From assembly GCA_047967505.1 (NCBI GenBank), contig CM106538.1: a stretch of DNA of 64,000 nt; one strand, written 5' to 3'. The notes beneath the pieces were generated by a model. That model was not told the DNA's origin and did no database searches. It saw only the letters and a program-made list of their open reading frames with translations. This DNA comes from Dipteris shenzhenensis (lineage: Eukaryota). Positions 12,653-24,278 of the stretch are shown here, piece after piece (positions within the stretch are counted from its first letter, which is position 1; each line of letters starts with the position of its first letter). The translations under genes and the position numbers were made by a program.

Positions 12653-14250
12653 TGTTGGTAAGCTGAAAGGAAAGCAAAGAGTGGACACAAACTCAGAATA
12701 CTTGCATTACTTGCTTGTAGAATGAAGAAGAGTGAGGTCCTTAAGTAGGCACCTCATACATGCTCACTGACATCACTGATGACTTCAGAGCTCCACAATC
12801 ATCTCCTCAATCTGCTCCTAGATTCTCTCAATCATCCTATGTGGCTTTCCACCACCTAACTGTGCTTGTGGGCACCTAACTGTGCCTCTAGCACTCACAC
12901 ATAGAAACATAAGGTGTGCCTGAGGCATACACCTTGAGATATCCCAACAAACCCCCTTCAAGGGAATGCCTCAGGCTATGTCAAGGATACATCTAGTCTC
13001 ATAGTTTCTCATGCCATCTCATGGTGGTCAAGGATTAATCTATGGCTCGGTTCTCATGCTAGCAAGGGTTCCCTTGGGTGTAAGGTAAACAAAAAGGGAT
13101 ACAAAAAGACCTTCCAATGGTTATCTCCCCTGCATGTACATGCACACAATGTCTGCAGGAGGTACCATGGAGCAAAACATACACATGGCCTACATCATAA
13201 GGTGACCAGAGGTGTTTACAAAACACACAAAAACACAATAGTTTGTTTCATTCATTTTGGAGGACTATCCAGGCTGAGTACCTTGACATAAAAAGAGAGA
13301 TCTGGAGCATACATAGAGATAATTTAAAATGCATAATCTTCAAAGGATGCCTCATCTTGTGGAGGCTCATCAACTGAAAGTAGATTTGCTTTTTCTGTCT
13401 TTGCTTTGGCTCTGCAAAACTTCTCATTATGGTTGTTCTTGCCACAGTGCTTGCATGGATTAATTTTGAAGCAGTCCTTTGAAAGGTGATTTGTCTTTCC
13501 ACAGTGATTGCAAGGGGTATACTTGCCCTTCTGGACTTTTACAGCATAAACAGTGTCATTGCCTTTCCTGAGCTCCATATGCCTTTCTTCTTCTTGGAGA
13601 GTAGAGATAATACCTTCAAGATTAGGATTAGGAAGATTTTTCAAAGTGCTAACTATGTGATCATAACCTTCAGGCATACTCTTAAGTAACACTGCCATAG
13701 CATCATCTGGAGTAATAGGAGAGTTGATAGAAGCAAGCTGAGTCATAAGACTCCGCATATAGTTGACATGAGCTGCCAAAGTAGTACCACTAGCCATCTT
13801 CAATTCAAAGAAAGAGATTTTAAGTGATAGTTTAGAGATGTGAGAGCTAGCACCAAAAATCATGTCAAGCTTCTGCCAAGCTTCTGAAGGAGACTCCAAG
13901 TCAGAGATATGGTGAATATAATCATCTCCTAAAGCAAGAGCAATGATACCATATGCTTTTTCTTCTTTAGCTGGATCCCTTGCCGGTCGTGTCGGAGTTG
14001 AGGATTCTCCAGCATTGGAGGCCGTAGAAGAAGCGGTAGGAGTCGGTTTGACAAGTCCCCATAAGTTCTCCCTCATCAATGCAAATTTCACCTTCATCTG
14101 CCATGTGTGGAAGCCCTTTCCATTGAACTTCTCTAGATTCAATAGGGTAGCCATGAGAGGGTCTAACCCAGATATTGGGTAGTGTCTATCTCTCTTACAA
14201 GGCAAAAAATAACTGAAAGACTTCCAAAATATGAGCACTTGATGTAGCAA
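12653..14250 (-). mobile_element. 5'-truncated gag-only LTR element (TR-GAG-like); 3' LTR at 12653-12949
   Basis: LTR TGTTGG...CCAACA homologous to 21622-21910; adjacent PPT; gag ORF; no pol, 5' LTR or PBS. Confidence 0.88.
13324..14154 (-). CDS. gag: Copia-type Gag (UBN2/Retrotran_gag_2-like) with two CCHC zinc knuckles, ~276 aa, open
   Basis: MATLLNLEKFNGKGFHTWQMKVKFAL...LLKSMPEGYDHIV...CNHCGKTNHLSKDC...CKHCGKNNHNEKFC; start chosen by homology with the ATG at 22774. Confidence 0.85.
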   Translation of the reverse strand: MATLLNLEKFNGKGFHTWQMKVKFALMRENLWGLVKPTPTASSTASNAGESSTPTRPARDPAKEEKAYGIIALALGDDYIHHISDLESPSEAWQKLDMIFGASSHISKLSLKISFFELKMASGTTLAAHVNYMRSLMTQLASINSPITPDDAMAVLLKSMPEGYDHIVSTLKNLPNPNLEGIISTLQEEERHMELRKGNDTVYAVKVQKGKYTPCNHCGKTNHLSKDCFKINPCKHCGKNNHNEKFCRAKAKTEKANLLSVDEPPQDEASFEDYAF

Positions 14251-14256
14251 AGACTA

Positions 14257-17003
14257 GTGACCAATATTCAATCAATGATGCTTCTTCTTACATGCTTCAT
14301 AGAAATGGGGAAAATAAATACTTTCCAATCAAGTGTGGATGAGTTCATGCATATTAACAAACCTGGTGTCAATCAAGCTTGTGGATTTGTGAAAGCCATG
14401 AAAGATGTCCCAATGAGTGATGTTCTCTCAGGAGTGGAAGAGTTTCAAGGTTCTCAATACTCTCGTAGAATATTGGATTCATTGAATGGTCCTAAGAGTA
14501 TGTTAAAAACGAGGATGAGATCAACAGAGGATTATTCAATATTTAACTTTGATTGTGATATGGACAAGGATGCAACGACCAATCATGGATGCTTGGTTAC
14601 AAACAAATGTGAGGAGAAGAAGTGCATAAATACAAATAACAACATGCACGAGGAACAAAAACGGTCATACATATGCATGAAGAGAAAGCGAATTCAGGCA
14701 GATCCACAAAAGCAACCAAAGAGGAAGAGAGTAATGAAGGAGGAGAACATGTTAAATGCCTTGGGATATCTATGTTGCAAGCGAAGATGTATGCGCTTCA
14801 TTGATCTTGCAGACATTAGGGAATGTAGAGGACACATGTGGCAAAGAAGAGGAAGCGAAAGAAATGAATACCTTCTCACAAGTCTCTCTTGCTTTCTTCA
14901 GAATGGCAATAAAAGGCTAAGTTCAAGACAAAAGGTAAAACCTCTCGTAAATGGAAAAAGGATTTGCAATAAGGCATATCACAATATTACTAGATTATCC
15001 CATGGTACATATTGGGATTTAGTCACCAAGGCAAAGGGCGGCAACAAATTAAGCATTCACGGTAATAGAGGAAAGTCCAAATCAAGAATCTCAACTATCA
15101 GGGCAGCAGCAATTTTGCAAGACTTCATACATGAAAATGCTTTACCTCAACCCCATATATCTACCAAACTCCCTAACGGTGACGCGATCACTGAAATGCA
15201 CCTTCCAATGGGCTTGACAAAGCTCGAAGTATTTGACTCTATTGCAGAAAAGCAAAGGCAAAGAGGGGATGCTGTAGCTTCTTCTCATACTTTGTATACT
15301 CTTTGGAAGAAGAACTTTGGATATGTTAAAATCCCAAGGAGGCAAAAAATGTCAAAGTGCAATGTCTGTGATGATTCAAAGCGAGCGATTGAGAGTGCAA
15401 CATGTCCAAATCAAAGGGAATTATACAAAAAAAACCGAAAATCTCATCATGACCTTATTCGACATTCTAGACAAAAATATGCATTTTGGAAGGAGCAAGC
15501 TATTTCGCATCCCGATGACTACATGTTCCTTATTGTAGATGGCATGGATCAGAATACAACATTGCCTCATTTTGTTGCCACTCCACCTAGATTACAAGGA
15601 AAGCCCTTTCTAAAGACACATCTATGTGGAGTGTTAGTGCATGGAATTAAGTTATTTGCAGATATATGGATTGATTCCTTGCATCTACATGATAGCAATC
15701 AAGTTGTAACATCTATTATGAAGGCAATTCGCAATATACATGCAGAAAAAGGTCGCCTACCACCGACTTTGAGAATACAAGCTGATAATTACTGGTGAGA
15801 AAATAAGAATGTACTCATGTTTGCATTCTGCTCCATGGTAGTTGCTCATCGAATCTTCAATGAGGTCGAATGTGGATTTTTGTATGTTGGGCATACACAT
15901 GAGGATATCGATCAGGTTTTTAGCACAGTCTCAAGGGAGCTTAAATGCAAGGATGTGGAGAAAATAGATGACTTGGTAAGAAGATGTGGCAGGCAAGTTG
16001 GTGGTCATAAGGAAAGTACAGTATGTGAGAGGCTCGAAAGAATGTATGATTGGAAGAGCTTCATTCTACCTTTCATACAAACGGGTGGTGATGCATTGAC
16101 AGGTCATACCAATCCACACTACTTTTGTTTTTTTTTTAAGATGAAAAACCTGTAATGCAATGGCAACAGTATTCTCATGATACAAAATGGGAACCTGAAG
16201 AACCTTACAGTCTCTTAACTTCAATTCCCAGCAAGGAAAGGTATCCAACACGGGCTCCTATACAAGAATTCAATGAGAGGTCTAACTGTGAAATAGAAGG
16301 ATTAAAAGCATTTATTACATACAAAGAGGAAATGCTCCGGAGATATCCTGATTCGAAGCCTACTTGGAGAGAACACACTACCACTGTAATTAACAAGACA
16401 CGAAATTTAATAAAGGACCTTGAGAGAATGCGAGGCTCAAAGGATGTCAAGGAAGAATGCAATATGTTTTGGCCAAATGTTCATAACGATTTGCACCCAG
16501 CTCCAGTCTTTGAAAATAAATTTGTATCATTACTCCCACATCCATATTGTGGACCGAAGAAGAGAGAGTTTATGCCACAAGTAGATATAGAGGTCGATTG
16601 TTTTGTTGTGGTTCGACCATCGGATGATGAATATGAGAATGTGAAGTTTTGGGTTGCAAAAGTAGTTGATGTGCAAAGAGATGACCAAGGGAGAGCTACA
16701 ACATTTACAGCAGTATGGTATGAGCCAAAGGGCAGGAAGGAGAATATGGATAACAACACATTGTATACTAATTGTATAATGAAGGAGTGGGTCCCAAATG
16801 ATGAAGCGGTCTCTCAAGTTTCGACAGAGACAATCATAGTGTCTTGGCATTCAAGGGCAAAGAAATCAAAGAAGCGCATGGGATATGAGGTAGAAGGAAA
16901 AATAAAAATACCACAGCAAACTATTTTGCATATACACGAATTTTTAAGGATGCTCGCCATGGAGGAAGTAGAAGGAGACAACGCAAATGAAGAATGTCCA
17001 TGA
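14257..17003 (+). pseudogene. Sola-like/DUF7869-type DDD transposase, ~900 codons, one in-frame stop and one frameshift
   Basis: ORFs 14257-15798, 15817-16155 and 16155-17003 join: CCKRRC, KCNVC, IVDGMDQN, IQADNYW*ENKN, FLYVGHTHEDIDQVFS; TGA at 15796-15798 is in frame; frameshift in the T-run near 16128-16137. Family assignment is from remembered motifs, not a search. Confidence 0.8.
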
Positions 17004-17120
17004 TTAAAGCTTTGTATTGAAGTCCATTGAAGGATTTTATTTGGGTACTAGGCAAGAAGCCAATCCAAGACAATTATAATCAGAGTCATCACCTCCTATG
17101 TCAAATGAGAGTCAAAATAT

Positions 17121-17527
17121 GCACTGGATGTCACCCAAGGGTCAAGGCTTGCCAAGACAATAGGGAGTTAATGCAGATGGCACCTGGCAAGTGACTATCA
17201 CATTGAGCAATAAGACAATGGGGAGTCAATGCACCCAAGGGGCAAGGCTTGGCAAGACAACTTGTGGGAGTTAATGCAGATGGCACCTGTGTTTTGCACT
17301 GGATGTCACCCAAGGGTCAAAGCTTGGCAAGACAATAGGGAGTTAATGTAGATGGCACTTGGCAAGGGACTATCGCATTGAGCAATAAGACAATGGGGAG
17401 TCAATGCACCCAAGGGGCAAGGCTTGGCAAGACAAGTGGGAGTCAAATTATGCAGATGGCACCTGGCAAGGGACTGTCGTGACATTGAGCAATAAGACAA
17501 TGGGGAGTCAAATTATGTAGATGGCAC
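17121..17527. repeat. Tandem repeat, ~175-bp unit (~2.3 copies) with ~90-bp internal subrepeats
   Basis: gcactggatgtcacccaagggtcaa at 17121 and 17296; recurring gcaagacaa..ggagttaatgcagatggcacctg. Confidence 0.9.
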
Positions 17528-17982
17528 GAATTGAGGCTCTTTAAGAGCAACAATTTAAATTGTAAACATATGTTCAATCTATATCATTTTGGATATAAAG
17601 ACTCTAGCTGAGAGCAACGTCTCTCAATGTAATCATATAATAATAGCTATAATTGCTATTATACCTCTTTGGTTCAATACAAAACTTGGGTCTTATGGCA
17701 TCATGTCTTTTTTCTATTTATTAAAAGTTTTAAAAATTTTGTGCATATTGCGAGTGACAATGTTATTTTCATGAAATATTTAAGTTTCCTTTCATGGATT
17801 TATAAATTTATCACATTAAGGAAAAATGTCAAGGAAAAATATTAAAAATAATTAAATTAACAAATAACTTAGATATAGCTAGAATTTCTAATATAGGATT
17901 ATTTCAAATTCTTGCATGTTGGTGCAAAAGTATAGATTGAAAAAAAAATATTTTTATGTGAATATGATAGTGCCACGAAGTG

Positions 17983-18076
17983 AACTTTTGATTTGGGAAG
18001 AATATTTTCAGAAAGTAAAATTTTGATTTGGGAAGGATATTTTCACAAAGTAAAGTTTTCATTTGGGAAGGATTTT
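17983..18076. repeat. Three 35-bp subterminal direct repeats next to the right TIR
   Basis: atttgggaag at 17991, 18026 and 18061 within ttttgatttgggaag.atattttca.aaagtaaa. Confidence 0.85.
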
Positions 18077-18089
18077 TGCCAACAGAAAA

Positions 18090-18115
18090 AGTCCAAAATT
18101 AATGAAATAGGTGTT
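18090..18115 (-). repeat. Right terminal inverted repeat (26 bp)
   Basis: agtccaaaattaatgaaataggtgtt followed by ccaa. Confidence 0.93.
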
Positions 18116-19612
18116 CCAACTAGTTTTCATTATAAATGAGGGAACATATACTTATTACTCGACCAAAATGGTAGTATAGAGAAAATGGAAGAAAGGCATA
18201 TATATGTGTTTCTTTATTCTTGTGTTACATTGTTGTTTTAGACAGTGCTTGCATTAAAAGAAAAGAGGAAGGGTTGAGAGACTTCCCTTACTATGCCCCA
18301 TATGATTGTTGAGGAGATGTGACTCCTCTCTCATGGGTTGTCTCTTGCATTTTGATTTTGTATTCTTCATCAAGAACCATGGATCATTGAGGGATTTCCA
18401 TGTAGAATCCAAACTCTCCAAATTGTTGATGACCATTGTGCAATGGGTAGAGGCTTGACTATTTGCTTGCTTAATTCAACAAGATCGCTTGTGTTGTATA
18501 GGGTATACTATCGATAAAGGAAGCTTAAAAGAAATGCCTTGGTAGAAATTACAACACATCTCTGAGAGTTGGAAGAAGCTAAAGGGGATAATCAAGTATT
18601 ATGCATAGTGTTTCTTATTAGATCCTTTATGTGTGCACTATTTAATATGTTCATGAATCGACAAATCCATCGAGCCAAATGATAAAGTGGGACTTGGTCA
18701 ATGCATTGGCATCATGGCACATAGTGGAGTTGGGAATTTTTTGTATTCTTTAATGGAAATAATTGAGAGGTTACCCTTTTCATTCCTTCACCTTCCTTTT
18801 TTAAGAAACTCAAAAGGAGTACAAGATCCTAAAGCTCTTCAATGCACTAACTATTGCTACAAGAATCTTACTTAACTACATTCAGACATAGTAAATTCAT
18901 GGTCCTAAGCATCCATAGCCTATCTTCATTATAGTAATTGGGTTTGGTAGGAACCAACGAACTCGGAGATAGTGAAGACCTTCCCATCACCAACCCCTCT
19001 CCTTTTGTGCTTTGTCTTGCAAATCAACGAAAAGTGCGACCCTTTGGACTAGTCAAGGGAGCAAAGGTGCACATGGATACTATATGATCTTCAACCCAAT
19101 CATCAAACTAATTCAACCATAATTTCCCAACACTTTCTCATCTTTATGTGCTCCATCCCCAAAAGACTTTGGAAACCTTGCAATGAAGATGTCATGGCTT
19201 GTAGAGTACCCATTCATCATTTGTCCTTAAAGATTCATATCAGATCCCTGAAGCTCATCTCACCCTCCCCTTGACAAAACCATTCCAATTGTAGCAACAA
19301 AGCATTGATGACTCCATTGTACCAAATCTCACTTAAGTTATAGCTACCACTTGTTGGTAGAGTCTAGCAAGGCCTCATGGCAAATCAAGGCTACACTTTA
19401 AAGAAAATTATGCAAGATCTTGAATAGAATCCCAAAGAGAAGATCCTAGATCCTTCCCTTGGGTCCCTTAAAATAGAATAATCTTCATCATGATGAGGCA
19501 AAATCACAAAGATCAAAAAGACCTATCTCACACTCAAATATAGAGTCTTAGTAAATCAATACCAACTTGTTGAGTTTTGTCAATGCTTAAAGGTGATGAG
19601 TAAAGACTTAAC

Positions 19613-20032
19613 CTCATACATGGAGGCACTCCATATTGCAACCAAGAAAGAGGCCACTCTACAAATCAAATCCTCATCTATGCCTACTTTAACATCATCA
19701 ACTAGAGCTCCCTAGGTGGAGATAATGGAAACTCCTTAGGTATAAGAATGATTTATTCAAATCATAATATGACCAATTGATGGATGAGTAAAGATTAGTA
19801 ATGTATATCCATTACAAGGCCTCTAAATCCTTTCTAGGATGGAGCACATATGACTCGTGAGCCTTGCCTTGACTTAATTGTGATGACTAAACTCCTAATA
19901 TCATACATGGAGGCACTCCACATCACAACCCTATCACAACCAAGAAGAAGGCTACTCTACAAATTGAATCCTCATTCATGTCTACTTTGATATAATCAAA
20001 TTGAGCTCCCTAAGTGGAGGTAATAGAAACTT
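19613..20032. repeat. ~125-bp direct duplication
   Basis: tcatacatggaggcactcca...caaccaaga...ctctacaaat...gagctccc..gtggag.taat at ~19614 and ~19901. Confidence 0.75.
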
Positions 20033-20136
20033 GTCGTGTACCAATGCCCTTTTGATGAAATAATTAATTCACAAGCACATATAGCACTTAAGAGTGAGGA
20101 GAGGCCTAAAGATAGGAATTCCATCACTTGTTATGA

Positions 20137-20700
20137 ATGTGCTTAGAATGTGTACTATCAAGTTCAATGTCTAATATGCATGGGAAAGCAAAAGAAGAAC
20201 AAGGGAATAACAAAATAATAGATGAGGCACACCAAGAAGAGGAACATTGTAGTAAGAAAAGGAAGGCATCTAGAAGGATAGTTAGCCAATTATATTTTCC
20301 TTTAAGACAAGGCATAGGAAACTAAGATTTGTTGTCAAATGTTAAAGAAAAGGAAGCCTATATCACCTTTGGACAGTTTCTTGCTTTATCTCCGAAATTG
20401 CAAAAAGAATGCAAAAAGCTAGCATGCTCAAGAGTGTCAAAGAGGAAAAACAAGAAAGATGCTATGCCAATTTCTCAAAAGATACTAAGATGGTAATATG
20501 TGCCCGTGGTTGATGTGATTATTGATGGTCAAGTAATATCTAATGTGTACATTGATGGAGTAGCATCAATAAATGTCATGAGTGAGAAGAACATGAAGGA
20601 TGTTGGGTTTGAACTACTCTAGCAACACATCTCCTTATCACATCAAGGTGGTTGACAAGACCAGAGTAAAATCCTTAAGAGTTGTAAAATTTCTAGAAGT
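20137..20700 (+). pseudogene. Degenerate Ty3/Gypsy gag-protease fragment
   Basis: ITFGQFLALSPKLQKEC and VIIDGQVISNVYIDGVASINVMSE (aspartic-protease-like), interrupted by stops. Confidence 0.6.
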
Positions 20701-21621
20701 GGCCATATACATAAGGAGAGGAAGGAAATCTACGGAAAGTTAAGTCCACTTAGATCAAAGACTAGTAAATCGAAAGATGATTTCGTGAATGACTGCATGT
20801 ATGGCTACATGCAAACATGTCAAGGCTGAACATGTCGTGTGTCATCGTGGACTGTGTAGTTGCTCTATAGAAGAGGCATCTAGATGTGAAGCTAGTCGAT
20901 GTAGTGGTGAAGAAAGAATCCGATAGGTTGTGACCTATGAGGGTGTCACCAACCCAAAAGGGCTAACAGCAATGGCAAAGGTATGCTGGAGTAGAATAAT
21001 CTCTATCAAATGATGCGGGGTCGAAGAAGACCGCATAGTCATGTGGACAGAGTGATCTAGGGCTAAAAATCTAGGATTGAAGGTGCATGTATGATACGCT
21101 GCTCTGGTGAAGAAGAGGCCCATAAAACTGACAAGGTAGGGTGGCTTTTCAAACCTATATGCTCAACTGTCATGAGCTAAAGGTCGTCTGATGTGTAAAT
21201 GGCTAGACATCCGTAACATAGGATGTAGCATCTTTGTAGGCTCGTCAAGAAGGAGCCGATAGTATAAAGGCCTAAAAGCCTAAATATCACTGAAAAAGAA
21301 TAGGATGTCCTTGAAGTGAATGAGGTGCCAAAAGCTGATGTCAGGACTGATCTGAAGTCCTAGATTCAACCGCCGCTAATCTGCATCAAGGACTATATAC
21401 TATAGCCATAAGTGCACGCTAAAACACTGAGTCTCCCCAAGTTAAACCTGATGACGTCTATTGCACTAGGGTAGGACCGCACTGATGCATAAGTATCCTC
21501 ATCCTGAGGAATGATCTGTTGATCGAAAGACATGGTGATGATAACTGGATCCAAGGGTGGTGCAATGCGGGATGAATGAGCCAATCCGAGAATATCCTAT
21601 AGAGTGATGTGCTAATCTATA

Positions 21622-24278
21622 TGATGGGATATCTCAAGGTGTATGCCCCAGGCACACCTTGGTTTCTATGTGTGTGTGCTAGAGGCACTGTTAGGTGCCC
21701 ATAAGCATTGTTAGGTGGTGGTAGATGCCACATAGGATGATTGAGAGAATCTAGGAGCTGATTGAGGAGATGATTGTGGAGATCAGAGGTCATCAGTGAT
21801 GTCAGTGATCATGTAAGAGGTGCCTACATAAGGACCTCACCTTTCTTCATTCCATAAGCAAGAATTCTCATTTTGTGTTCACTTCATGCTTTCCCTTCAC
21901 TTCCCCAACATGGTATCAGAGCCCTTTGATCCTCCTTGAGCCCATTTGTGCCACATCATCTTCTTCTTCTCCATCTTCTTCTTCTTCATCTTCACCATTT
22001 CTTCCCTTTTTTCCCAAAACTTTCTAGAGCTGTTCTCCCTCGTTTCTCTGCCATTCTCCAAATCCTCTGAGCTGGAGATACCTCTCGAATGGGCAAACTC
22101 TCACCTGCAAGGAATTGAAGAAAGGACGTCACTGCTAGTCGCCATTCCCTGAATAACGCATTTTTTGTCATCTTTCTGTTGCAGAATACTCCCTGCCTGT
22201 TGCACCATTGCTCGAGCGCTCTTAGGAGTAGATGGGCGACCTCAAGACGAACATTTTAAGTCACTTTGCAGCCCATTTGGTTTAGTAACGAAGGAGAAAA
22301 TGTCAAAAAACAGACTCAGGCTGTAGCAAGTCTTCGAGCAAAACAGCGCACCATTTCGCCCAACCTCTATGCTAGATCTTCTCCTCAGTGAGAGCTTTCT
22401 GTTTCTCTAGAAAGCCCCTTGAGTGCTTCACACTATTGCTCCAATTTTGGCCTCCAGCCTCAAACTACTCAATTTGGGGATAACTGTGATCTCTCTTTCC
22501 GCTTGCAACTATTTCCAGAGGTTTCATGATAGAAAGTTCTGAAATTATATCAGTTATCTTTTTTCTTTAGGATGTTTGATCATTGGATGTGACCTAGAGC
22601 ACATTTGAGTTGCATCTTTGGAGCACCTTCCTGCAGTTTGACAGTTTTACAAGCATATGCATAAAAAAAAATTTGTGGTCAAAGGTCAGCATTTCTTCAA
22701 AGATTTGACTGTCAAAGCTGCATTTATTATTGCTTGACTGTATCAGATCAGTTGAACAGAGATCTACCCTCTCATGGCTACCATATTAAATATGGATAAG
22801 TTTAATGGTAAAGGCTTTCACACATGGCAGATGAAGGTTAAGTTTGCATTGATAAGGGAAAACCTCTGGGGGCTTGTCAAACCTGCTTCAACTTCTTCTT
22901 CAACAGCCTCTAATGCTGGAGAATCCTCAGCTCCAACACACCCGGCAAGAGATCCTAGTAGAGAGGAGAAAGCCTATGGCATCATTGCTCTTGCCTTAGG
23001 AGATGACTATATTCATCACATTTCTGATTTGGAGTCTCCTTCTGAAGCTTGGCAGAAGCTTGATATTATTTTTGGTGCTAGCTCTCACATCTCAAAATAG
23101 TCACTTAAGATTGCTTTCTTTGAATTAAAGATGGCTAGTGACACTCCTTTGGCTGCCCATGTCAATCATATGCGGAGTCTCATGACTCAACTTGCTTCTA
23201 TCAACTCTCCAATCACTATAGATGATGCAATGGTAGTGTTGCTCAAAAGTATGCCTGAAGATTATGATCATGTTATTACCACTTTGAAAAATCTTCCTAA
23301 TCCTACTCTTGAAGGTCTTATTTCTACTCTTCAAGAAGAAGAAGGGCACATGGAACTCCGGAGAGGCAATGACATAGCCTATGCCATAAAAATCTAGAAG
23401 GGCAAGTTTTCACCTTGCAAACATTGTGGGAAGACTAATCACCTCTCAAAAGATTACTTCAAGATCAATCCTTGCAAACATTGTGGCAAAAACAATCACC
23501 ATGAAAAGTATTGTAAGGCCAAAAAGGAAGAAACTACAAAACCAGAGACTGCCAATCTACTTTCAGTTGATGTGCCTCCACAAGATGAGGCATCCTATGA
23601 AGATTATGCTTTTTGAACCATCTCCATATATGCTCCAGATCTCTCTTTTTTTATGTTGAGTCAAGGTACTCAGCCTGGATAGTCCTCCAAAATGAATGAA
23701 ATAAACTATTGTGTGTTTTGTAAACACCTCTGGTCACCATATGATGTAGGCCATGTGTATGTGTTTTGCTCCATGGTACCTCCTGCAGACATTGTGTGCA
23801 TGTACATGCAGGGGAGATAACCATTGGAAGGTCTTATGTATCCCTTTGTTTACTTCACAGCCTTGGGAACCCCTTGCTAGCATGAGAACCTAGCCATAGA
23901 TTTATCCTTGACCACCATGAGATGGCATGAGAAACTATGAGACTAGATGTATCCTTGACATAGCCTGAGGCATTCCCTTGAGGGGGGGTATGATGGGATA
24001 TCTCAAGGTGTCTGCCCCAGGCACACCTTGGTTTCTATGTGTGTGTGCTAGAGGCAGTGTTAGGTGCCCATAAGCACTGTTAGGTGGTGGTAGATGCCAC
24101 ATAGGATGATTGAGAGAATCTAGGAGCTGATTGAGGAGATGATTGTGGAGATTAGAGGTCATCAGTGATGTCAGTGATCATGTAAGAGGTGCCTCCATAG
24201 GACCTCACCTTTCTTCATTCCATAAGCAAGAATTCTCATTTTGTGTTCACTTCATGCTTTCCCTTCAGTTCCTCAACA
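21622..24278 (+). mobile_element. Complete 2657-bp gag-only LTR element (TR-GAG-like), TSD CTATA
   Basis: LTRs 21622-21910 and 23991-24278; PBS tggtatcagagcc at 21911; PPT gaggggggg before 23991; ctata on both flanks. Confidence 0.95.
22774..23616 (+). pseudogene. gag: Copia-type gag with two in-frame stops
   Basis: Colinear with 13324-14154; TAG at 23098-23100 and 23395-23397; ends ...EDYAF*. Confidence 0.88.

Larger units (their letters stand above)
3158..18115 (+). mobile_element. ~15-kb TIR DNA transposon with Sola-like/DUF7869-type DDD transposase and 4-bp TSD CCAA
   Basis: Perfect 26-bp inverted termini (3158-3183 and 18090-18115); CCAA immediately outside both ends (3154-3157, 18116-18119); transposase-like pseudo-ORF inside. 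Confidence 0.88.

Noticed and set aside
6943-12690. Recurrent 60-100 aa ORFs in the satellite
   Set aside because: Frames shift with homopolymer length between units; by-products of the repeat
3160-18113. CACTA/CMC-type element starting at CACCT
   Set aside because: The inverted match extends two more bases (AA/TT), and only that boundary gives a TSD (CCAA, 4 bp); the protein lacks Transposase_21-type motifs
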